This document shows, one piece after another, positions 41,210-50,587 of a stretch of 64,000 bases of DNA. A model generated the notes under the pieces. The model searched no databases. It was not told the origin of the DNA and worked only from the letters and a program-made list of their open reading frames with translations. The stretch is from Acidimicrobiales bacterium (GTDB lineage Bacteria > Actinomycetota > Acidimicrobiia > Acidimicrobiales > MedAcidi-G1): contig JAAZXY010000005.1 in the NCBI GenBank assembly GCA_014239855.1, forward strand, positions 12,267 through 76,266. The letters are read 5' to 3'. Positions within the stretch are counted from its first letter, which is position 1; every line of letters starts with the position of its first letter. Position numbers and translations under genes: made by a program.

Positions 41210-43471
41210 TCAGGCCCCGCCCCGGCTCCCGTCCCCACGCTGGTCGGCGTCGTCGGTCAGGTCGGGTGCGCCCTGTACGGCCCGGTGGACGTCGTACACC
41301 GAATCGACCCGTCGCAGCATCCGCAGCAGGGTCTCGAGATGGGTCGGATCCATGATCTCGAAGTCAAAACGCATCGTGGCCACCCGGTCGGCTCCGCTGG
41401 TCGACGTCGTGGTGGACAGGACGTTGACCTGGTGGTCGGCCAGCACCCCGGTGATGTCGCGCAGCAACCCGGGTCGGTCCAGAGCCTTGAGGATCACCGA
41501 GACCACGAAGTGGCCGCCGGACTCTCCGTCCCAGTCGACGTCGATGAGCCGATCGCCCTGATCGGCCATGAGCGACACGGCGTTGGCGCAATCCGACCGG
41601 TGCACGCTCACCCCTCGGCCCCGGGTCACGAATCCCATGATCTCGTCGGGCGGCACCGGGGTGCAGCACCTCGACAGGCGGACCAGCATGTCGTCCAACC
41701 CCTCGACGTGGACCCCCACCCGGTCCGTGTCCCGGCGGGGTCGCCGGGTCTTGACGGGGATCGCCGTGATCTCGTCATCACCGTCGGGACGCAGCGCCTT
41801 GGCCACCCGACCGACCAGCGAACGGGCCGACACGTGGTGCTCGCCCACCGCCGCGTAGAGCGTGTCGGGTTCGTGGTAGTTCATCGAGGCAGCCACCTCG
41901 GCCAGCTCGGGGCCGTCCAGCACCTCGCGGATGGGAAGCCCGGCCCGCCGGAGTTCGTTGGTGAGTTCCTCGTGGCCGGCGTCAATGGCCTCGGTCCGTC
42001 GCTCCTGGGAATACCAGTGCTTGATCTTGCTGGACGCCCGGTGGGTGGCCACGAACTGCAGCCAGTCCCGACTGGGTCCTGCCCCCGGCTGGCGGGACGT
42101 CACCACCTCGACGGTGTCGCCGGTGACCAGTTGGGTCTCCAGCGGGACGAGACGCCCACCCACCTTGGCTCCCACGCAGGCGTGTCCGACATCGGTGTGG
42201 ATGGCGTAGGCGAAGTCGACCAGCGTGGCCCCCAGGGGCAGGGTCACCACCCGTCCCTTGGGTGTGAAGACGTAGACCTCGTCGAGCTCCAGATCGGTCT
42301 TCAGATTGGCCATGAAGGTGCCGGGATCCTCCGTCTCGGCCTGCCACTCGACGATCCGCCCCAGCCACGCCATCTCGTCGCTCGGCGACTGGGCCTTGTA
42401 GTCCCAGTGGGCAGCCACTCCGTGCTCGGCCCGGGCGTGCATCTCGTAGGTACGTACCTGGAACTCCACCTGCTTGCCCTGAGGGCCTACCACCGTGGTG
42501 TGCAGCGACTGGTACAGGTTGAACTTGGGCATGGCCACGTAGTCCTTGAACCGACCCTGCACCGGCTTCCAGGTGGCGTGGATGGTGCCCAGCGCGGCGT
42601 AGCAGTCGCGCACGTTCTCGACCACGACGCGCACCCCGACGAGGTCGTGGATGTCCTCGAAGGGCCGACCCTTCACGATCATCTTCTCGTAGATGCTCCA
42701 CAACTGCTTGGGTCGACCATCGACGTCACCGGCGATGCCCACCTTCTCGAGTCGCCCCTCGACCTCACCGATCACCTGCGTCAGGTACAGGTCGCGTTCC
42801 GGCGACCGGTCCTGGACCATCTGGTCGATCTGGCTGTATCGCTTGGGGTGCAGGGTGGCCAGCGCCAGGTCCTCCAGCTGGTCCTTGACCTCCTGCATGC
42901 CCAGCCGATTGGCCAGCGGGGCGTAGATGTCCAACGTCTCCTGGGCCACCCGTTCCTGTTTGTCTTCGGGCAGCGCGGCGATGGTCCGCATGTTGTGGAG
43001 TCGGTCGGCCAACTTGATGATCAGCACCCGGAGGTCCTTGGCCAGGGCGACCAGCATCTTGCGGACGCTCGCCGCCTGCTGCTCCTCGCGGGTGTCGAAG
43101 TGGAGGCGCTCCAACTTGGTGACACCGTCGACGATCAGCCGGACGTCGGAACCGAAGTCCCGCTCGAGGTCCTCGAGGCTGACCGAGGTGTCCTCCACCG
43201 CATCGTGCAGCAGGGCGGCGGCCACCGTCACGTCGTCGAGGCCCTGCCGGGCCACGATGGTGGCCACCGACATCGGATGGTGGATGTAGGGCTCCCCGGA
43301 TTTGCGGGTCTGACCGGCGTGGGCGGCCAGCGCCACCTGGTAGGCCCGCTCGATCCTCGAGGTGTCCGCCCCGGGATGGTGGGCCCGGTACTCGGTGAGC
43401 AGGGCCGACGTCTCGTCGACCACCTCGCGGGGGCGACGGCGCCACGGGAGCACCCGGGTCATGGTGGCCAT
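41210..43471 (-). CDS. rel: bifunctional (p)ppGpp synthetase/hydrolase Rel
   Basis: ORF 41210..43516. HD hydrolase motif (YIHHPMSVA...LLHDAVEDT), synthetase (FKDYVAMPKFNLYQSLHTTV), TGS and ACT domains. Start uncertain: ATG 43471 is used here; TTG 43516 and ATG 43462 are alternatives. Confidence 0.95.
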   Translation of the reverse strand: MATMTRVLPWRRRPREVVDETSALLTEYRAHHPGADTSRIERAYQVALAAHAGQTRKSGEPYIHHPMSVATIVARQGLDDVTVAAALLHDAVEDTSVSLEDLERDFGSDVRLIVDGVTKLERLHFDTREEQQAASVRKMLVALAKDLRVLIIKLADRLHNMRTIAALPEDKQERVAQETLDIYAPLANRLGMQEVKDQLEDLALATLHPKRYSQIDQMVQDRSPERDLYLTQVIGEVEGRLEKVGIAGDVDGRPKQLWSIYEKMIVKGRPFEDIHDLVGVRVVVENVRDCYAALGTIHATWKPVQGRFKDYVAMPKFNLYQSLHTTVVGPQGKQVEFQVRTYEMHARAEHGVAAHWDYKAQSPSDEMAWLGRIVEWQAETEDPGTFMANLKTDLELDEVYVFTPKGRVVTLPLGATLVDFAYAIHTDVGHACVGAKVGGRLVPLETQLVTGDTVEVVTSRQPGAGPSRDWLQFVATHRASSKIKHWYSQERRTEAIDAGHEELTNELRRAGLPIREVLDGPELAEVAASMNYHEPDTLYAAVGEHHVSARSLVGRVAKALRPDGDDEITAIPVKTRRPRRDTDRVGVHVEGLDDMLVRLSRCCTPVPPDEIMGFVTRGRGVSVHRSDCANAVSLMADQGDRLIDVDWDGESGGHFVVSVILKALDRPGLLRDITGVLADHQVNVLSTTTSTSGADRVATMRFDFEIMDPTHLETLLRMLRRVDSVYDVHRAVQGAPDLTDDADQRGDGSRGGA

Positions 43472-43581
43472 CTCAGCGGCCCACGCTTCTGGCACCACCG
43501 GTCTGGCTGGAATCAACCGAGGTCACCGGCGTTTCCATTCCTCCACGGTAGTCGTGGGCCCCTGTCGGTCGTGGGTGCCGG

Positions 43582-44700
43582 TCAGCGCTTCTTCTTGCGC
43601 GGACGGGGCGGCACGCCGCCGCTGGCCGGCGCCGTCATGGTCGGGCGACGCTTCGCCGGGCCACCACCGGGCGCCCGACGCGGTGTGGCCCGGGAGTCGG
43701 TGCCCACCGCGTCGCTCCGCTCGATGGTGCGGGTGCCCGTCGAGGATCCATCGGCCTCGCCGGACATCCGACCCCGGACCTTCACGCTGATGAGGCTCCA
43801 CCGTTCCTCGCGCTCCTTGAGCACCGCGACCAGGGACGAGGCCAGGAACAGCGACGAGTAGGACCCCACCGCGATGCCGACCAGAAGGGCCACGGCGAAC
43901 TCACGCAGGGTGGCCGCCCCCAGGATCACCGAACCGACCAACAGCATCGACAGGACCGGAATGGCCGAGGTGATGCTGGTGTTGATGGAACGCATGGCCA
44001 CCCGGTTCAACGCCAGGTTCATGAGTTCCCGGTAGGTGTAGCGCTCGGTGGCACCCAGTCGACCCACGACCTCGCGAACCTTGTCGTAGACCACGATCGT
44101 GTCGTAGAGGGAGTAGCCCATGATGGTCAGGAAGGCGATGACGGTCGCCGGGGTGATCTCGAACCGGAACACCGAGTAGACGCCGACGCTCAGCACGATG
44201 TCGTGGGCCACGGCGACCAACGCACCCACGGCCATCTTCCACTCGAGGCGGACGGCGATGTAGAGGGCCACCACGATGAAGAACACGACGAGCGCCTTCA
44301 CCGCCTTGTCGGTGACCTCGTCACCCCACGTGGGCCCCACCTGTTCGAAGGCCACGACCGGGCCGAGGCCGGCGGTCAGACCGTCCCGTATCTCGGCGGC
44401 CCGTGCCGGGTCCTGCACGTCGGATCGCACCAACACGATCTCGTCGTCGACCAGCTGGATGCGGGCGTCGGGCACCCCCAGGTCGGCCATGAGCTCACGG
44501 GCGTCGGTCACCGAAGCGTCCGGGGCACGGACCTCGTAGGAGGTACCGCCCTCGAAGTCGAGGCCCAGATTCAGACCCAGGACGGCGAACGAGAGCAGCC
44601 CGACCACCACCGCGGCAACAGACGCGGTGATCGCCGGGCGCCACAGTGACGGGAAGTCGATCGGCGATTCGCCGCGGTAGAGGGCCCGGAGGGTCTTCAT
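43582..44700 (-). CDS. secF: protein translocase subunit SecF with a 71-aa basic tail
   Basis: ORF 43582..44913 trimmed to ATG 44700 (MKTLRALYRG; ATGA overlap with the secD stop). LGLDFEGGT, AHDIVLSVGVYS, NTSITS. Confidence 0.94.
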   Translation of the reverse strand: MKTLRALYRGESPIDFPSLWRPAITASVAAVVVGLLSFAVLGLNLGLDFEGGTSYEVRAPDASVTDARELMADLGVPDARIQLVDDEIVLVRSDVQDPARAAEIRDGLTAGLGPVVAFEQVGPTWGDEVTDKAVKALVVFFIVVALYIAVRLEWKMAVGALVAVAHDIVLSVGVYSVFRFEITPATVIAFLTIMGYSLYDTIVVYDKVREVVGRLGATERYTYRELMNLALNRVAMRSINTSITSAIPVLSMLLVGSVILGAATLREFAVALLVGIAVGSYSSLFLASSLVAVLKEREERWSLISVKVRGRMSGEADGSSTGTRTIERSDAVGTDSRATPRRAPGGGPAKRRPTMTAPASGGVPPRPRKKKR

Positions 44701-46202
44701 GCGACGACCTCCGACGGGGCCGATCCCCTTCGAGCCGGCACCGCACCCGATGCCGGCAGGCCGAACCGCTCGGGGTGGTCGGCGAACCAACGGGTGGTGG
44801 ACAGCAGGCGGACCATCGGACCCATGAAGAAGTAGGTGGCCACCAGGTCGAGGATGGTGGCCAGACCCAGGTAGAGGGCGAATCCCCGAACCGCACCCAC
44901 GGTGAGGGCCCACAAGAGGCCCGCGCCGATGAGTGAGGCCACATCGGCCTTGACGATGGTCGAGAAGGCGATCGGGAACGCCCGATCCACCGACGAGCGG
45001 GCCGTCCGACCGTCACGGACGTCCTCCTTGAGGTGCTCGAAGTAGACGACGTTGGAGTCCACCGAGACACCGACGGCCACGATCATGCCGGTGATCCCGG
45101 CCAACGTCAGGGCCAGTCCGGACTGGGTGCCGAGATGGGCCACGATGGCCCACAGCAGGGCGCCGGAGATGCCGAGGCTGGCCAGGGCCACCAGGCCCAG
45201 GATCCGGTAGTAGGCCACGATGAACACGGCGACCAGCAGGAGGCCGACCAGCCCGGCCACCACGCCGGCCCGCAACGAGTCCTCACCAATGGTCGCCGAC
45301 ACCACCCGGGTGTTCTCCGGCTCGAGCTCCACCGGCAGGGCGCCGTACCGCAGGGAGAGCGACACGTCGTCGGCCTCGGCCTTCTCGAAGCCGCCGGAGA
45401 TCAGGATGGCGTCGTGCTGGAACTCGGGTGCCCGGATGGACGGGGCGGTCACCACCTGTCCGTCGAGAACGATGGCCAGACGGCCGTTGGGCGAGCCCTC
45501 GACCCGGGGACAGGACGGGTCACCCACGTAGCAGCGGGCCGCCACCTCGTTGAAGCCGTCGACGCCGACCTGTCCCTGGTGGAGGTCGAGTCCGACCTGC
45601 CACTGGTACTCGACGAACAATGCGTTGGCGTCGGCTATGGCTTCGCCGGTCAGAACCGATGGGCCCAGGAGGTAGTGCTGGCCGGTGGCGTCGCCACGCA
45701 GACCCAGAACCACGAAGTGCTCGGCCAGGTCGTCTTCAGGGGCGGTGTACCCGTCGGCGCCGACGGCGGGCACCACGGCGCCGGATCCGACCTCGGAACA
45801 CGCGGCGAAGGCACCCGACGACGAGCCTGACGCCACGGATTCGATACCGACCGCCGTGGTGACGCCACAGACCGGACGGAACCGCAACTCGGCGGTGGTC
45901 CCCACGAGGGAAAGGGCCCGCTCCTGATCGTCCACGCCGGGAAGGGAGACCAGCACGCCGGTCTCGGTCCGGGAGATCTCGGGCTCCGCCACGCCCAGGC
46001 CATCCACCCGGTCACGGATGATCGACACCGTCTGGTCGAGCATCTCCTCGGTGGCCGGTTCGGTGGCCGCCAGGCGGACCGACACGCCGCCCTGCAGGTC
46101 CAGTCCCAGCAGAGGCTGGTTTCCCCACACCACGGTCATGACCGAACCGAGCACGCTCAGGATGACGATTCCGAGCAGGAAGACGAGCTGGCGGCGAGGC
46201 AT
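44697..46202 (-). CDS. secD: protein translocase subunit SecD
   Basis: ORF track 501 aa. LGLDLQGGVSV, GFEKAEADDVSLSLRYGALP, VGVSVDSNVVYFE. Confidence 0.95.
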   Translation of the reverse strand: MPRRQLVFLLGIVILSVLGSVMTVVWGNQPLLGLDLQGGVSVRLAATEPATEEMLDQTVSIIRDRVDGLGVAEPEISRTETGVLVSLPGVDDQERALSLVGTTAELRFRPVCGVTTAVGIESVASGSSSGAFAACSEVGSGAVVPAVGADGYTAPEDDLAEHFVVLGLRGDATGQHYLLGPSVLTGEAIADANALFVEYQWQVGLDLHQGQVGVDGFNEVAARCYVGDPSCPRVEGSPNGRLAIVLDGQVVTAPSIRAPEFQHDAILISGGFEKAEADDVSLSLRYGALPVELEPENTRVVSATIGEDSLRAGVVAGLVGLLLVAVFIVAYYRILGLVALASLGISGALLWAIVAHLGTQSGLALTLAGITGMIVAVGVSVDSNVVYFEHLKEDVRDGRTARSSVDRAFPIAFSTIVKADVASLIGAGLLWALTVGAVRGFALYLGLATILDLVATYFFMGPMVRLLSTTRWFADHPERFGLPASGAVPARRGSAPSEVVA

Positions 46203-46245
46203 GTCGATGACGCGGTGAAATCTGATCCGTTAGCGGTGGAGCCGC

Positions 46246-46572
46246 TCAGGACTCGTCGGAGCCGGTCTCCTCGGCGGGGACCTCGTCGACCGTTTCCTCT
46301 TCGTCCGGGGTGGCCTCGTTGAACCGGCGGTCCACGGCGCTGCGAAGGACCTTCAACTCGACACCGTCGTAGACCTCGATCCACAGGACGTTCTCGTCGT
46401 CCCGGTCGACCTCGTTCACGACACCGAAGATGCCGGAGTTCAGCACCACCTCGTCGCCCGCCGAGATGGAAGTGACCAGCGCCTGCTGTTCCTTCACCTT
46501 GCGCTGCTGCGGTCGGATCATGAGGACGTACATGAGTCCGAAGATGAGGATCAGGGGGATGAAGCCGGCCAC
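46246..46572 (-). CDS. yajC: preprotein translocase subunit YajC
   Basis: ORF 46246..46797 trimmed to GTG 46572 (AGGAG 7 nt upstream). FIPLILIFGLMYVLMIRPQQRKVKEQQ, GDEVVLNSGIFG. Confidence 0.9.
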   Translation of the reverse strand: MAGFIPLILIFGLMYVLMIRPQQRKVKEQQALVTSISAGDEVVLNSGIFGVVNEVDRDDENVLWIEVYDGVELKVLRSAVDRRFNEATPDEEETVDEVPAEETGSDES

Positions 46573-46598
46573 GGGAATGCTCCTGAAAGAGGGGGGCT

Positions 46599-46626
46599 GC
46601 AGACAGGGATCCGCAGACAGGGATCC
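46599..46626. repeat. 2 x 14-bp perfect tandem repeat in the yajC upstream region
   Basis: Plus strand: GCAGACAGGGATCC GCAGACAGGGATCC. A degenerate third copy, CGACAGGGACCCGG, lies at 46684-46697. Confidence 0.9.
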
Positions 46627-46668
46627 GGCGGACCTCACGGCCACCGGTGGACTCCGGGAGCCTACGCC

Positions 46669-46674
46669 GGGCCG
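46669..46674 (-). promoter_or_regulatory. candidate -10 box TAGGCT for yajC (about 90-nt leader)
   Basis: Sense CGGCGTAGGCTCCCGGAG, in the tgt-yajC gap. Confidence 0.3.
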
Positions 46675-46703
46675 CTCGCACCCCGACAGGGACCCGGCAA
46701 GGA

Positions 46704-47813
46704 TCAGCCCCAGACGTCCAGTGTGTCGCGCCGGAACGCCTCGAAGGTCCCGGCCTCGACGGAGGCCCGGAGACGATCCACGAAGTCCAGTAGCCACGCC
46801 AGGTTGTGCAGCGTGAGAAGACGACGGCCGGTGGGTTCATCGGTCATCAGGAGGTGCCGGAGGTAGGCACGGGACCACCGACCGGCCGGACTGGCCGGGA
46901 AGGCGGGGTCCAGAGGCGAATCGTCGGTGGCGAACCGGGCGTTTCGCAGGTTGAGGCGCCCGGCGGTGGTCAGCACCGTCCCGTGCCGGGCATGCCGGGT
47001 GGGCAGGACACAGTCGAACATGTCGATGCCGGCCGCCACCACCTCGACGAGGCCCGCCGGGTCGCCCAGGCCCATGAAGTAGCGGGGCTGGTCGGTCGGG
47101 AGCATGGCCGTCACGGCAGCCAGCGGCTCGAGCATCTGGTCCCGTGTCTCCCCCACGCTGAGACCACCCACCGCATAGCCGTCGAACCCCACCTCGAGGG
47201 TCCGCTCGGCGCTCTCGATCCGGAGACCGGTGTCGGTACCGCCCTGCACGATGCCGAACTGACTCTGTCGGCCAGCGGCATCCGGGTGATCGAGGAAGGC
47301 CCGGCGACCCCGACCGGCCCATGCCGCGGTCCGGACCACCGCGGCCCGTAGGACCTCGTCGGTTGCGGGCAGGGCGGGGCACACGTCCAGGATCATCTGG
47401 ACATCGGCTCCCAGATCGGCCTGGACCTCGGCTGCCCCCTCCGGGGTGAGCACGTGGGTCGATCCGTCGTAGGTCGACCGGAAGGTGGCGCCCCGGTCGT
47501 CGACCTTCGGCTGCAGCGAGAAGATCTGGTAGCCGCCCGAGTCGGTCAGGGTGAGCCCCTCCCAACCGGCGAAGGCACCCAGCCCACCGTGGGCCCGGAC
47601 CACCTCGGCGCCCGGTCTCAGCATCAGGTGGTAGGTGTTGCCCAGCACCACCTCGGCGCCCAGTTCGGCCAGGTCGACCGACGAGAGGTGACGTACCGCT
47701 CCCCTGGTGCCGACCGGCATGAAGCACGGGGTTCTGAACGTCCCCCCGGGCACCCGCACGGTACCCGAGCGCGCCCCTCCGTCATTTGCCGACGCGCTGA
47801 ACTCAGCCTTCAT
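46704..47813 (-). CDS. tgt: tRNA-guanine transglycosylase (queuine tRNA-ribosyltransferase), zinc-site cysteines absent
   Basis: ORF track 369 aa. TPCFMPVGT, LGNTYHL, LTDSGGYQ, ILDVC, GFDGYAVGGLSVGE, YFMGLG, GIDMFDCVLPTRHARHG. The CxCxxC stretch is replaced by PLDPAFPASPAGRWSRAYLRHL. Confidence 0.93.
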   Translation of the reverse strand: MKAEFSASANDGGARSGTVRVPGGTFRTPCFMPVGTRGAVRHLSSVDLAELGAEVVLGNTYHLMLRPGAEVVRAHGGLGAFAGWEGLTLTDSGGYQIFSLQPKVDDRGATFRSTYDGSTHVLTPEGAAEVQADLGADVQMILDVCPALPATDEVLRAAVVRTAAWAGRGRRAFLDHPDAAGRQSQFGIVQGGTDTGLRIESAERTLEVGFDGYAVGGLSVGETRDQMLEPLAAVTAMLPTDQPRYFMGLGDPAGLVEVVAAGIDMFDCVLPTRHARHGTVLTTAGRLNLRNARFATDDSPLDPAFPASPAGRWSRAYLRHLLMTDEPTGRRLLTLHNLAWLLDFVDRLRASVEAGTFEAFRRDTLDVWG

Positions 47814-48862
47814 CGGTCCGCCTCCTCCGGGGAGCCCGTCGGAGCACGGGTCACCACCATGGCGTCCCCGAACGAGAGGAACCGGTACCCGGCTTCAAGG
47901 GCCCCCCGATAGAGGTCGCGCCACCGCGTCCCGGTAAATGACTCGAGCATGACCAGCAGCGTGGACCGTGGCAGGTGGAAGTTGGTCATCAGGGCGTCCA
48001 CCACCAGAAAGTCGAAGGGCGGTCGGATGAAGAGGTCGGTCGACCCACCGGGCCCGAACCGGGCCGCCGACTCCAGCGCCCGGACGGTCGTGGTGCCCAC
48101 GGCAACCACCCGTCCACCCTTCCGGCGGGCTCCCAGGCAGGTCTCGAGAACGTCCGGGGAGACCTCGTACCGCTCGTGGTGCATCCGGTGGTCGTCGAAG
48201 TCGTCGACGGTGACCGGCCGGAAGGTGTCCAGCCCCACCACCAGCTCGAGGCGCTCCACCCGCGCGCCGGCCGCCCGGCAACGCTCCAACACCTCCTCGG
48301 TCAGGTGCAGCCCAGCGGTCGGCGCGGCCGCTGAGGCCGGCCGGTCGCTGTACACCGTCTGGTACCGCTCGGGGTCGGCCAGTTCGGTGGTGAGGTACGG
48401 CGGGAGCGGCATCTCTCCGTGGCGCTCCAACGCTCCATCCAGGTCACCGTCCGGCGTGCGTACCGCCACGTGTCGCCGACCCTCACCCAGATCGGCACCG
48501 ATCTCGACGGCCAGGTCGTCACCGGCCACCAACTCGGTGCCCGGCGGCAGCCGTCGACTCGGTCGCACCAGCGCCTCCCACCGGACCTCGGTACCCGACG
48601 CTCCCTCGTCCACGGGTCGCAGGAGCAGGACCTCGGCGGCGCCGCCCGTGGGACGCCGGAGACGCAGTCGAGCGGGCAGGACCCTGGTGTCGTTGAGGAC
48701 CAGGACGTCACCGGGACCCAGCAACGAGGGCAGGTCCCGCACGGTCCGATGGACGACCGAAGGTCCGGTGGCGTCCAGCAGCCGGGCCGCCGGGCGGTCC
48801 TCCAGCGGTTCCTGGGCAATGGCCGACGCCGGCAGGTCGTAGTCGAAGTCGTCGGGGCCCAT
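47810..48862 (-). CDS. queA: S-adenosylmethionine:tRNA ribosyltransferase-isomerase
   Basis: ORF track 350 aa. FDYDLPASAIAQEP, LNDTRVLPARL, PLPPYL, AAPTAGLHLT, VGTTTVRALES, SFGDAM. Confidence 0.95.
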   Translation of the reverse strand: MGPDDFDYDLPASAIAQEPLEDRPAARLLDATGPSVVHRTVRDLPSLLGPGDVLVLNDTRVLPARLRLRRPTGGAAEVLLLRPVDEGASGTEVRWEALVRPSRRLPPGTELVAGDDLAVEIGADLGEGRRHVAVRTPDGDLDGALERHGEMPLPPYLTTELADPERYQTVYSDRPASAAAPTAGLHLTEEVLERCRAAGARVERLELVVGLDTFRPVTVDDFDDHRMHHERYEVSPDVLETCLGARRKGGRVVAVGTTTVRALESAARFGPGGSTDLFIRPPFDFLVVDALMTNFHLPRSTLLVMLESFTGTRWRDLYRGALEAGYRFLSFGDAMVVTRAPTGSPEEADR

Positions 48863-48917
48863 GGCTCGGCAAGCCTAGGGAGGCCCGACCCGGGGAGTCC
48901 CGACCCTGAACGTCAGG

Positions 48918-49964
48918 TCAGTCCGTCGAGGCCTCGTCGAACAGGGACGTCGCTCCGGAGGAAGGCGGCGGGTCGGTCCCCAGATGGGCGTAGGCCGCCG
49001 GCGTGGCCACTCGACCCTTCGGGGTCCGGAGAAGGAGGCCCTGCTGGATGAGGAACGGCTCGTAGACGTCCTCCACGGTGTCCTCCGGTTCACTCACGCT
49101 GATCGACAGCGTCTTGAGGCCCACCGGACCACCGCTGAAACGGTGGCAGAGCGCCGAGAGGATCTCCCGGGAAGGCTTGTCCAGACCCAGTCCGTCCACG
49201 CCGAAGAAGGCCAGACCATCACGGGCCACGTCTCCGTCGACCACACCCGATCGTTCGACCTGGGCGAAGTCACGTACCTGGCGCAGCAGACGATTGCCGA
49301 TCCGCGGCGTGCCCCGAGACCGACGGGCGATCTCTCCCGCGCCCTCGTCATCGAGTTCGACATCGAGGATCCCGGCGGCCCGGGTCACGATGGACTGCAG
49401 GTCATCGGCCTCGTAGTAGTCGAGCCGGGCCGTGAGACCGAAGCGGTCACGTAGCGGCCCGGTGATGAGTCCCGTGCGGGTGGTGGCACCGACCAGCGTG
49501 AACCGGGGAAGTTCCAGGCGGATGGATCGGGCGGCCGGACCCTTGCCCAACACGATGTCCAACTCGAAGTCCTCCATGGCCGGATAGAGGACCTCTTCGA
49601 CGGCGCGGGCCAGTCGGTGGATCTCGTCGATGAACAGGACGTCGCCCGGCTCGAGCTTGGTGAGGATGGCCGCCAGGTCGCCCGCCCGTTCGAGGGCCGG
49701 TCCGGAGGTCACGTGGAGTTCAGCCTGCATCTCGGTGGCCACGATGTGGGCCAGCGTGGTCTTGCCCAGGCCGGGCGGACCGGCGAACAGGAAGTGGTCA
49801 GCGGCCTGGCCCCGTCGTCGTGCCGCTTCGAGCATCACCCGCAGGTGGCCCTTCAACTCCGACTGGCCGACGAACTCCCGGAGGCTGCGGGGTCGCAGGC
49901 CACCTTCGACGGCCTCCTCGTCGGTCTCCGGATCACGCTCGGCCGACAACAGTTCCTCGCGCAC
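48918..49964 (-). CDS. ruvB: Holliday junction branch migration helicase RuvB
   Basis: ORF track 348 aa. [38 protein letters not shown]. Confidence 0.97.
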   Translation of the reverse strand: MREELLSAERDPETDEEAVEGGLRPRSLREFVGQSELKGHLRVMLEAARRRGQAADHFLFAGPPGLGKTTLAHIVATEMQAELHVTSGPALERAGDLAAILTKLEPGDVLFIDEIHRLARAVEEVLYPAMEDFELDIVLGKGPAARSIRLELPRFTLVGATTRTGLITGPLRDRFGLTARLDYYEADDLQSIVTRAAGILDVELDDEGAGEIARRSRGTPRIGNRLLRQVRDFAQVERSGVVDGDVARDGLAFFGVDGLGLDKPSREILSALCHRFSGGPVGLKTLSISVSEPEDTVEDVYEPFLIQQGLLLRTPKGRVATPAAYAHLGTDPPPSSGATSLFDEASTD

Positions 49965-49993
49965 GACCGACCTCTCCCGACCCGCGTCCGGAC

Positions 49994-50587
49994 CTACGCC
50001 CGGGCGAGGCGTTGGAGGGCCTCGCGCAACAGGACCGCCGGATCGTCGCCGCCCAGATCGGCCAGCACCGACCGGACCTCATCAGGGGTGTAGCCCAGAC
50101 CGCCCAACGCATCCTGGACCTCGGCCACCGCGGATCGGGGCGCGCCCGGCGCCCGCTCGCCGTCCAGCACACCATCCAACGGCAGATCCAGCGAATCCTT
50201 GAGTTCGACCAGAAGACGGGTGGCGGTCTTCTTGCCCACGCCGGGAACGAGGCAGAGCGCGGCCACGTCGTCGTCGGCCAGCAGGCGGGCCAGTTCGCCC
50301 GGCCCGTGCACGCCGAGGACGGCAAGGGCGAGGGCCGGCCCGACCCCGTGGGCCGACAGCAGCGCCTCGAAGCAGGCCCTTTCGTCGCGCTCGAGGAAGC
50401 CGTACAGCGTCTGGTCGGCCTCCCGGAAGTGATGGTGGACATGGACGAACACCTCGCCACCCACATCACCCAACCGAACCGCGGTGGTCGGGGTGACGAT
50501 CACCCGGTAGCCGACTCCCGCCACCTCGACGAGAACCTCGCCCTCGCCGAAGCGCTCCAGCAGTCGACCTCTCAGGGATCCGATCAT
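49994..50587 (-). CDS. ruvA: Holliday junction DNA-binding protein RuvA
   Basis: ORF 49994..51067 trimmed to ATG 50587 ([11 protein letters not shown]; ATGA overlap with the ruvC stop). [19 protein letters not shown]. Confidence 0.94.
   Translation of the reverse strand: MIGSLRGRLLERFGEGEVLVEVAGVGYRVIVTPTTAVRLGDVGGEVFVHVHHHFREADQTLYGFLERDERACFEALLSAHGVGPALALAVLGVHGPGELARLLADDDVAALCLVPGVGKKTATRLLVELKDSLDLPLDGVLDGERAPGAPRSAVAEVQDALGGLGYTPDEVRSVLADLGGDDPAVLLREALQRLARA

Noticed and set aside
43486-43551. Short ORF (METPVTSVDSSQTGGARSVGR) in the rel leader as a possible regulatory leader peptide.
   Set aside because: Its ATG directly abuts the GGAGGA with no spacer, it has no notable codon content, and it is easily produced by chance.
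40802-43861. 1019-aa plus-strand ORF antisense to rel and secF. Similar giants occur at 18992..21610 (872 aa, antisense to carB), 34952..37216 (754 aa, antisense to alaS and rarA) and 12490..14610 (706 aa, antisense to metK and coaBC).
   Set aside because: They are Arg/Pro/Gly/His-rich low-complexity translations with no recognisable motifs, lying exactly opposite strongly conserved genes. Long stop-free antisense frames are expected in high-GC DNA.
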